Source of the DNA: an uncultured Actinomycetota bacterium
GTDB taxonomy: Bacteria > Actinomycetota > UBA4738 > HRBIN12
NCBI GenBank assembly: GCA_963778505.1
Contig: CAVZUH010000004.1
Location: forward strand, 1,165,607 to 1,229,606
Direction of reading: 5' to 3'
Length of the DNA stretch: 64,000 bases
The notes below the pieces were generated by a model. That model saw only the letters and a program-made list of their open reading frames with translations. It was not told the DNA's origin and did no database searches. How positions within the stretch are numbered: the first letter of the stretch is position 1; every line of letters begins with the position of its first letter. A program made the position numbers and the translations under genes. This document shows positions 56,730 through 64,000 of the stretch, piece by piece.

Positions 56730-58105
56730 GCCGGGACGTCGCCGCGAGCGGCGTTGCGGAACTGCGTGAGGGACGGCTCGAAGCTCAGCTTGATCGAGCC
56801 GGTGGGGCCGTTGCGGTGCTTGGCGAGGATCAGCTCGGCTTCCTTCTTCTTCTCGGGATCTGAGTCGTCCCGATGGATGAACGCGACGACGTCGGAGTCC
56901 TGCTCGAGCGAGCCGCTCTCACGGAGGTCGGACAGCTGGGGACGCTTGTCGGCACGAGTCTCGGGGTTGCGGTTCAGCTGGGAGAGCGCGAGCACGGGGA
57001 TGTGCAACTCCTTGGCCAAGAGCTTGAGCGAGCGGCTGATCTCCGCGACCTCCTGCTGGCGGTTGTCGGGACGCCGAACCGCGGCGGATGTCATCAGCTG
57101 CAGGTAGTCCACGATGATGAGGTCGAGGCCCTGCTTGCTGCTCCGCATCCGCCGGGCCTTCGCCCGGACGTCGACGATGTTGACGTTGCCGGAGTCCACG
57201 ATGGACAGGGGCGCGTCGTGCAAGCGCTCGGCCGCCTGGACCACGCGGACCCAGTCGTCGGGCCCGACACGCTTGCTCCGGATCCGGTCCCATGGCACAC
57301 GGGCGGCCGAGCAGAGCATCCGCATGCCGACCTCGTGCCGCGACATCTCGAGCGAGAACACCGCGACCGACCCGCCGGCCACCGCCACGTTGTGCGCGAT
57401 GTTGATGGCGAGGGAGGACTTCCCGATGCCCGGCCGAGCGGCCACGATCACGAGGTTGCCCGGCTGGAGTCCGGAGGTGAGCTCGTCGAGATCTCGGAAC
57501 CCGGTGGGGAGACCCGTGTACGCCGCCTCGCGATGCTGGATCTGCTCGAGCTCGAGCATCGCTCCGTCGATCAGCTCTCGGAGGGTGGCGACTTCTTCCC
57601 GATCGTCCCTCCGCGCGACGTCGTAGATGCGCTGCTCGGCGGCATCCGCGACCGATTCCGGATCTTCCGGAGCCGAGTACGCCATGTCCATGACGTCGGC
57701 GGCCGCCCCGATCAGTCTCCTGAGCAGGGCGGCCTGCGCGACGATCCGCGCGTAGTGCGCGGCGGAGGCCGGGGTCGGGACCTGGTCGGCGAGGTCCCGG
57801 ATGTACAGAGGGCCGCCGACGTCGTCGAGCGTCCCCTTGCGCCGGAGGGCTTCCACCGCGGACAGCTGATCGACGGGCTCGCCGCGCGCGTACAGCTCGC
57901 GGAGGACCTCGAAGACCCGTCCGTTCGCCGATCGATAGAAGTCCTCGGCCTGCAGGAGCTCGACGACGTCGGCGATGGCCTCGGCCGACAGCATCATCGA
58001 GCCAAGGGCCGCCGCTTCCGCCTCGACGTTCTGGGGCGGGACGCGGTGATCCCCGTTCCGAGGAAGGCGGACGACGTCGTCAGCCGTGCGGACGATACCG
58101 CTCAC
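56726..58105 (-). CDS. dnaB: replicative DNA helicase DnaB (no intein)
   Basis: Intact 459 aa with PPQNVEAEAAALGSMML, Walker A AARPGIGKSS and LSQLNR. Confidence 0.95.
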   Translation of the reverse strand: MSGIVRTADDVVRLPRNGDHRVPPQNVEAEAAALGSMMLSAEAIADVVELLQAEDFYRSANGRVFEVLRELYARGEPVDQLSAVEALRRKGTLDDVGGPLYIRDLADQVPTPASAAHYARIVAQAALLRRLIGAAADVMDMAYSAPEDPESVADAAEQRIYDVARRDDREEVATLRELIDGAMLELEQIQHREAAYTGLPTGFRDLDELTSGLQPGNLVIVAARPGIGKSSLAINIAHNVAVAGGSVAVFSLEMSRHEVGMRMLCSAARVPWDRIRSKRVGPDDWVRVVQAAERLHDAPLSIVDSGNVNIVDVRAKARRMRSSKQGLDLIIVDYLQLMTSAAVRRPDNRQQEVAEISRSLKLLAKELHIPVLALSQLNRNPETRADKRPQLSDLRESGSLEQDSDVVAFIHRDDSDPEKKKEAELILAKHRNGPTGSIKLSFEPSLTQFRNAARGDVPA

Positions 58106-58167
58106 CCCCTGTCACCTGTCCCGGTCTCCGAAGCGCGGACGCTACGCCCGAGGCGCGACGGGCGAAT

Positions 58168-58270
58168 AGTGGAGAACACAGTGGATTGTTCCCGCGCAGG
58201 TCGCATCCGAAGGTTTCCTGTCACTCCACCGATGACCTGCGGGATCGCGATGTGGACAACATGTGGAAAA
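58168..58270 (+). promoter_or_regulatory. cluster of four same-orientation DnaA-box-like 9-mers in two closely spaced pairs, upstream of dnaB
   Basis: TGTGGACAA at 58251-58259 is a perfect complement of TTGTCCACA. TGTGGAAAA lies at 58262-58270, 11 bp later. Weaker boxes are AGTGGAGAA (58168-58176) and AGTGGATTG (58180-58188). Confidence 0.5.
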
Positions 58271-58416
58271 GTGTGAGTATCTGGGCCGACATATTCGAGC
58301 CCTTGCGATGGAGTCTCTGGACGACCCAGGCGAGAGAAGCGCCTGAACGCCCGTCCGGAGGCGCTCGGTCGGAAGGGTTCTCGGAGGCCCGCCGCGGGCC
58401 ACCCGACCGCCGGACT

Positions 58417-58869
58417 CTACGCCTGTGGCTGGACGTCGACCGTGATGACCGGATCGACCTCGGCATGGAGGTGGACCGTCACCTCGTGCGTTCCGACCGA
58501 CCGGATCGGCTCGTCGAGGTGGACGTCACGCCGGTCGACCGGGACTCCCGTCTGCGCCGACAGCGCTTCCGCGATGTCGGCCGCCGTGACCGAACCGAAG
58601 AGCTTGCCCTCGTCGCCGGCGCGCGCCGTCACGACGACCGGTGTCTGGATGATGCGCGGCGGCCACCGACTCGAACTCGCCCTTCTGCGCCTTGGTCCGC
58701 GTCTCGATGAGCCCGCTTGAGGCTCTCGGCATGCCGGACGGTGCCCTTCTCCGCCTTGCACGGCCAGGCCGCGAGGGATCAGGAAGTTGCGCGCGTAGCC
58801 GTCCGCGACGTCCGCGACATCCCCGGGATCGCCGAGCCGTTCGACCGTCTTCTGCAGGATGACCTTCAT
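58417..58869 (-). CDS. rplI: 50S ribosomal protein L9; three +1 breaks
   Basis: [37 protein letters not shown] and [16 protein letters not shown]. The ATG overlaps the rpsR stop. Confidence 0.85.
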   Translation of the reverse strand: MKVILQKTVERLGDPGDVADVADGYARNFLIPRGLAVQGGEGHRPACREPQAGSSRRGPRRRRASSSRWPPRIIQTPVVVTARAGDEGKLFGSVTAADIAEALSAQTGVPVDRRDVHLDEPIRSVGTHEVTVHLHAEVDPVITVDVQPQA

Positions 58870-59164
58870 CGCGCGGTCCATCGGCTCGAGTACGGCAGCA
58901 GCGCCATCTCGCGAGCGTTCTTCACGGCCGAGGCCACGTCGCGCTGGTGCTGGACGCAGTTGCCGGTCACGCGCCGAGCACGGATCTTGCCGCGATCCGA
59001 GACGAACTTGCGCAGCATGATCACGTCCTTGTAGTCGACGCGGTCGACCTTGTCCTTGCAGAACTGGCAGTACTTGCGCTTGCCGCGCTTCTGCCAGGCC
59101 CTTGTCGTCCTTGTCGCGTCGACGCTTCGGGGCCGCGCTCCTTCGGCCCTCCCCTACCCGCCAT
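58866..59164 (-). CDS. rpsR: 30S ribosomal protein S18; two +1 breaks
   Basis: Read across frames: [64 protein letters not shown]. Confidence 0.85.
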
Positions 59165-59616
59165 CGAGCGGAGACTCCTCCTGATCCGGTCCGCCGCCGC
59201 CGACCGGCGCGGCGACCTTCTCGCCCCAGTCGCCCGAGCTGGACGCGCGCGGAGCGCGCCTGACGCGTCACGGCCGCCGTCGCCCACTTCAGGCTCGGCG
59301 CGATCTCGTCGGCTTCGACCTCGATCGCCGAGCGCTTGTCGCCGTCCTGGTTCTCCCAGGTGCGGTAGTTGAGCCGGCCGGCCACGATCACACGGGTGCC
59401 CCGCGTGAGCGACTCGGCCGCGTTCTCCGCCAGCGTCCGCCATGCATTGATCGTGAAGTACGACGTGTCGCCGTCCTTCCACTGGCCGTTCGCATCCTGG
59501 AACCGGCGGTTCACGGCGATCCGGAACTTGCAGACCGCTGCTCCGTTGGGCGTGTAGCGGAGCTCGGGATCGTCGGTCAGGTTGCCGACGAGCGTCACTT
59601 GGTTGTCCGTCGCCAT
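59154..59616 (-). CDS. ssb: single-stranded DNA-binding protein; one +1 break in the C-terminal tail
   Basis: MATDNQVTLVGNLTDDPELRYTPNGAAVCKFRIAVNRRF and YFTINAWRTLAENAAESL. The span is 463 nt, 1 mod 3. Confidence 0.9.
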
Positions 59617-59632
59617 GGTTCGTCCACTCCCC

Positions 59633-59980
59633 TTAGGGTGTCGCGTCTCCGCCGCCGCAGAGGCGGGGGAAGTTGCCAATCTGCTTCTCACGCTTGGTGG
59701 GCAGCACGATCACCTTGTAGCGCAGGATCTCGTCCGCGAGGTTCAGCGTCCGATCGAGCTCGGCCTGAGCGGTCGGCTCCGCCGAGAACGTGACCACGAC
59801 GTAGTAGCCCTCGTTCCGGTGATCGATCTCGTAGGCGAGACGACGCCGGCCCCATCGCTCGATGTTCCGCACCTGCCCGGCGTGCTTCGCAACGACCGAG
59901 GAGATCCGGTCCGTCGCGGTGCCCACCATGGCCTCATCGGCCTCAGCGGGCAGCATGAGCATGCATTCGTACTCCCTCAA
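59633..59980 (-). CDS. rpsF: 30S ribosomal protein S6
   Basis: Intact 115-aa ORF from a TTG start with GGAGG 6 nt upstream. Contains REYECMLML and RRLAYEIDHRNEGYYVVV. Confidence 0.9.
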   Translation of the reverse strand: MREYECMLMLPAEADEAMVGTATDRISSVVAKHAGQVRNIERWGRRRLAYEIDHRNEGYYVVVTFSAEPTAQAELDRTLNLADEILRYKVIVLPTKREKQIGNFPRLCGGGDATP

Positions 59981-60184
59981 ACCCCACCTCCTCTGGTCTG
60001 GACGGCCCCCCTCGAAGGGGAGCAGGAAGTCCTGAGGGTCGCCCAGCAGTGTACGGGACCTGGCGTGACGCTAGCACCCGGGTACGACACCGAAGCCACC
60101 GTGCCGGGTGAAGAACCGGTCTCCGGATACACTCAGCTCGACAGCCGTGCACTTCGCCAAGTGATGCAGAAGGAGGCGCGAGCG

Positions 60185-60968
60185 ATGACGACTATCCACG
60201 ACCTGAAGGCGTGGAAGGCGGACGGGCGCAGGTTCACGATGCTCACCGCCTACGACTTCCCCACCGCCCAGATCCTCGACCGGATCGGTGTCCCCGTGCT
60301 CCTGGTGGGTGACTCGGTCGGGAACAACGTCCTGGGCTACGAGGACACCCTCCCGGTCACCATGGAGGAGATGCTCCACCACACCCGCGCCGTGGCCCGT
60401 GGTGCAGAACGGGCCATGGTGGTCGCCGACATGCCGTTCCTCTCATATCAGGTGTCCCTCGAAGAAGGCGTTCGGAATGCGGGTCGTCTCGTGAAAGAGG
60501 GCGGCGCTCAGGCGGTGAAGCTCGAAGGGCCGCACCTCGACCTCGTCCATCGCCTGGTCGAGATCGGGATCCCGGTGATGGCCCACGTCGGGCTCACCCC
60601 CCAGTCGGTGCACGCGATGGGCGGGTACAAGGTCCAGGGTCGCGGCGAGGCCGCTCAGTGGGTCGCCGAGCAGGCGGCGCAGCTCGAGAAGGCCGGTGCC
60701 TTCTCGATCGTCCTGGAGGCGATGCCGGCGGAGCTGGCCGGCGAGATCACTCGATCGCGTGCAGATCCCGACGATCGGGATCGGCGCGGGTCCCGACTGC
60801 GACGCACAGGTCCTCGTGATCAACGACCTCCTGGGGATCAACGAGAAGACGCCCAAGCTCGCGAAGAAGTTCGCGGATCTCCGAGGCGTCATGACCGACG
60901 CCGTGCAGGAGTTCATGCGCGAGGTGGAGGCCGGCACCTTCCCCGACGACGACCACTCATACGGCTAG
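60185..60968 (+). CDS. panB: 3-methyl-2-oxobutanoate hydroxymethyltransferase; one +1 break at about 60750
   Basis: FTMLTAYDFPTA, LLVGDSVGNNVLGY and AVKLEG, then in the next frame QIPTIGIGAGPDCDAQVLVINDLLG. The span is 784 nt, 1 mod 3. Confidence 0.9.
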
Positions 60969-61024
60969 CCGTCCCATCGGTTCGCCGGCCTTCCCTCGCT
61001 CCGGCTCGGGCCTAGACTCCCGGC

Positions 61025-61737
61025 GTGGCGCACGTCGAGGACCAGAACGGCCGCGAGCGGCTCCTGAGCAGGGCCGAGCTCGTCTCGAAACTCACGCACG
61101 AGATCCGGGGTCCGGTCTCCACCATCCGTGGGCTCGTCGGCACCACGCTCGCTCACTACGAGGCATTGAGTGATGAGCGAGCGCCGCGAGTTCCTGCGGC
61201 TGATCCGCCGCGAAGCCGACCGGCTGGAGCGCTCCGTGGAACAGGTGGCGCTCGCCCTCAAGCTGGACGTCGGGCTCGCTTCGGTTCGACATCCGTCCCC
61301 AGGATCTCGGCGACATCGTCCGCGCCGCGGTGGAGGCCGTGGAGACGGCCGATCACCCCCTCGAGGTCGACGCGGCCGATCCCGTCGAGGCACCCGTCGA
61401 CGGCATCCACATCGCCTACGTCGTCCGCGAGCTGGTCGGCAACGCCGTCGGGTTCTCGCCTCCCGACTCCCCGATCTCGGTCCGCCTCCGGCGAGAGGGC
61501 GATGAGGCGTTGATCGAGGTCGCCGATCTCGGCCCCGGGATCCCGCGAGACAAGCGCGAAGCCGTCTTCGAACGCTTCGCCGATTGGCGCCCGCCCGACT
61601 ACGAGGATCGCCCCGGAACGGGGCTGGGGCTCTTCATCACCCGCTCGATCGCGCATGAGCACGGGGGCGAGGCTTCGGTCTCCGACGGCCCGGCGGGAGG
61701 TACGATGCTCACCGTTCGGCTTCCCGTGGAGGGCTGA
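61025..61737 (+). CDS. sensor-less histidine kinase (HisKA plus HATPase only, about 237 aa); two +1 breaks
   Basis: H-box SKLTHEIRGPVSTI, N-box VRELVGNAV, ADLGPGI and GTGLGLFITRSIA. It starts 56 nt after panB, which leaves no room for an input domain. Confidence 0.75.
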
Positions 61738-61750
61738 TGGTGGGCGTCCC

Positions 61751-62407
61751 GTGACCACGCTCTTGATCTGCGACGACCACAAGATCCTGACGGACGCCCT
61801 GGCGACCGTCGTCGGGCTCGACGACGATCTCCAGCTGGTGGCGCCTCCCGTGCACGATCCCGAGACCGCGATCGCGCTGTCCGCCGAGCACCTGCCCGAC
61901 GTCGTGCTGATGGACATCGTCTTCAAGGGCGGGATGTCGGGGATCGAGGCGACGCGTCGGATCAAGGAGATCTCCCCGGCCACGAAGGTCGTCATCATCA
62001 CGGCCCACGACGAGGATCGTCTGCTCGTGGAAGCGGTCGAGGCGGGCGCCTCGGGCTTCCTCGGGAAGGGCGAGGCGGTCGAGGAGGTGCTCGCGGCGGC
62101 CAAGGCCGCGGCGGAGGGCGAGGTCCTGATCGACCCTGCCACGCTCACCCGGCTCCTCGCGCAGGTCGCCCGCGAACGGGAGGCGCACCGTGAGGCGTCG
62201 ATGCTGCTGGACGATCTCACGGATCGGGAGCGCGAGATCCTCCAGCTCCTGGCCGAGGGCATGCGGAACGACGGCATCGCCTCGAAGTTGTTCATCAGCC
62301 CGCAGACGGTGCAGACCCACGTCCGGAACATCCTGGGGAAGTTGCGCGTGCACTCGAAGCTGGAGGCCGTGGCGTTCGCCGTCAAGCACGGCGCGATCGT
62401 CGTCTAG
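61751..62407 (+). CDS. NarL/LuxR-family response regulator
   Basis: GTG 61751, then LLICDDH, DVVLMDIVFKGGMSG and the HTH LTDREREILQLLAEGMRNDGIASKLFISPQTVQTHV. Confidence 0.85.
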   Translation: MTTLLICDDHKILTDALATVVGLDDDLQLVAPPVHDPETAIALSAEHLPDVVLMDIVFKGGMSGIEATRRIKEISPATKVVIITAHDEDRLLVEAVEAGASGFLGKGEAVEEVLAAAKAAAEGEVLIDPATLTRLLAQVAREREAHREASMLLDDLTDREREILQLLAEGMRNDGIASKLFISPQTVQTHVRNILGKLRVHSKLEAVAFAVKHGAIVV

Positions 62408-62449
62408 AAGCCCCCTCTGCGCCTCGACGACTCCTGTCCGGCAGGACTC

Positions 62450-62587
62450 AAGTCCCGTTCCCTACGGGACGAAGTGGTAGCGGAGAGGGACCCGCGTCTC
62501 CGGACGTGGAAGGCCGTCTCCCCTCGATGGCCTCGGGGACCTCCCCGAGAAAGGCCCGAGTCCACCCCTCCCGGACTCGGGCCTTTT
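62450..62587 (+). ncRNA. candidate small RNA: several hairpins, three with C-rich loops, ending in an intrinsic terminator (6C-like)
   Basis: GTCCCG-UUCCCUA-CGGGAC (62452-62470); GGCCGUC-UCCCCUC-GAUGGCC (62512-62532); CUCGGGG-ACCU-CCCCGAG (62532-62549); and an 11-bp terminator stem with loop ACCCCUCCC followed by UUUU. Confidence 0.4.
62553..62587 (+). terminator. intrinsic terminator between the convergent regulator and menE-like genes
   Basis: GGCCCGAGTCC-acccctccc-GGACTCGGGCC followed by TTTT. On the other strand AAAG precedes it, so any function there would be weak. Confidence 0.7.
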
Positions 62588-62658
62588 CATGGATCGTCTC
62601 GGGTTGATGCCTTCGCGTCGTCTGGCTTCGGGGGAACGACCGGGGCCTCGTACCGCGG

Positions 62659-63838
62659 TTATCGCAGGGCGTGGCGCCGCACCTTCCCCGTGCGGGTCCG
62701 AGGGATCTTCGCGGACCAGGGAGAGCTCGCGTCGGAAGCTTGAACCGCGCGAGGTGGTCGGCCCCGAGGGCTCGCAACTCGTCGAGCGAGGGCGGGTCGT
62801 CGATCACCCTCGGGACCACGAAGGCACTCACGCGCGATCCCCACTCCGGGTCCGGACGGCCGGCGACCGCCACGTCGGCGACCTTGGGATGGCCGGCGAG
62901 GACCCCTTCGACCTCCTCGGGCCAGACCTTCTCCGCGCCGGTCCTGATCACGTGGTCGGCCCTCCCGTGGATCGAGAGCCGGCCCGTCGTCGTCGATCGC
63001 GCCCAGGTCGCCGGTGCGCAGCCACCCGTCCGTCGTGAACACCGCCCCCGTTGCGGCCGGGTCGAGCCGGTAGTTCTCCATCACCGTGGACCCGGAGACC
63101 TCGATCGCGCCGTCCGCGTCCAGCCTGACCTGCATCCCCTCGAGCGGAACGCCGTCGTAGGTGAACCCACCGCACGTCTCCGTGAGGCCATAGCTGGTGA
63201 CGAGGCGGGCGCCGCGCAGCCGCGCGGCGCCCGCCGTGTCGGCGTCGATCGCATCGCCGCCGACCAGCAGCGTGAGGCCCTCCAATCCGAGGTTCGACGC
63301 CACCAGTCGACGAACCATCGTCGGCACCACAGACGCGAACGCGGCACCCTCCGCGTCGCGGACGAGGCGTTCGGGATCGAACCGCTCGTGGATCGTCACG
63401 GGAGCGCCGAGGATCGCGGCCGCGGAGGAGGACCAGGAGCCCGCCGATGTGCGCAGGGGTGAGCGGACAGAGCCAACGCGCGTCGGGGGTGGCGCCGAGC
63501 CGCTGGGCCGACCTGCTGATCGCCACGACGGCGGCGACGCGATGCAGCTCCACCAGCTTCGGCTCGCCTCCCGTCCCGGACGTGGGCATCACGATCGCGA
63601 CCCCGGGCGTGACCGGAGCGGCGTCCGCGAGGAGCGTGTCACCGGCGGCGTCACGCACGAAGTGTGGCCGGGCTCGATCCACGATCGCGCCCCGTTCCCG
63701 CTCGGTCAGCCGGTGATCGAGCGGCAGGAACGGCACCTCGTCGAGCCAGAGTCTGGTCACGAGCCCGACCCACTCCGGTCCGGGCGGCAGGTCGATCACG
63801 ATCAGTTCATCGGTGCCCATCCATCGCCCCCGCGCCAT
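62659..63838 (-). CDS. menE: short-form acyl/aryl-CoA ligase, O-succinylbenzoate-CoA ligase-like; several frame breaks
   Basis: AMP-binding motif IVMPTSGTGGEPK, plus SYGLTETCGG, WLRTGDLG and the terminal IPRTRTGKVRRHAL. About 390 aa, typical of actinobacterial MenE. The symbol is tentative. Confidence 0.65.
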
Positions 63839-63909
63839 CGCCCCGCCCCGGCACGTCCGGTAGGCTAGCCCAACCGTTCGAGCGTTCGCTCTAGGAGTCA
63901 TCGGTCACA

Positions 63910-64000
63910 TGGACGAGTCACGCGAGATCAGGAAGGCCTTGGATTGGAAGCCGGGCGATGCGTCGCCGGATGAGAGAGGCCCAGATGAACGGCCACCGGA
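63910..64000 (+). CDS. 5' end of an unidentified ORF running off the window (weak)
   Basis: An ATG at 63910 opens MDESREIRKALDWKPGDASPDERGPDERPP, which is too short to classify. Confidence 0.2.

Noticed and set aside
58168-58270. The DnaA-box cluster considered as a chromosomal replication origin.
   Set aside because: There are only two good and two weak boxes. There is no dnaA or dnaN nearby and no extended AT-rich unwinding region. A regulatory or titration site fits better.

Overview
High-GC (about 70%) chromosomal segment with Actinomycetota-type gene order. Landmarks are glnA-glnE, tRNA-Lys plus a tRNA Glu-Asp-Phe cluster, dnaK-grpE-dnaJ-hspR, and rpsF-ssb-rpsR-rplI-dnaB. Content is mostly housekeeping: nitrogen assimilation (glnE, glnA, nadE); a 2-oxoacid dehydrogenase E1alpha/E1beta/E2 operon; ten purine genes (purF-purM, then a contiguous purA-purD-purE-purB-purC-purS-purQ-purL block); a 7.6-kb heat-shock cluster running from dnaK to clpB; trpD, dcd, nth, dnaB, panB and a menE-like ligase; and 5 tRNAs. 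Accessory-looking parts are two tandem secreted Ig-like paralogues, a zinc-ribbon/cyclase/ATPase/TPR protein, two tandem exported vanadium-haloperoxidase/PAP2-like proteins next to an ECF sigma/anti-sigma pair, an ECF sigma coupled to Ogt, LemA with two DUF3137-like paralogues, and two sensor-less histidine kinase/LuxR regulator pairs. I saw no CRISPR array, transposase, integrase or prophage genes. Main caveat: roughly half of the protein genes cannot be read in a single frame. Almost every break is a single extra base extending a short G or C run, and the breaks are strongly clustered, so coordinates given for disrupted genes are reconstructed start-to-stop spans. There is no single clearly novel system. 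The best candidates for follow-up are non-coding elements (a plus-strand intrinsic terminator in the leader of a Na/Pi-type transporter, a 6C-like C-loop sRNA candidate, DnaA-box pairs upstream of dnaB, a 17-bp tandem repeat at a haloperoxidase-like gene) and a PurE homologue lacking the catalytic histidine. All family assignments come from reading motifs by eye; no searches were run.
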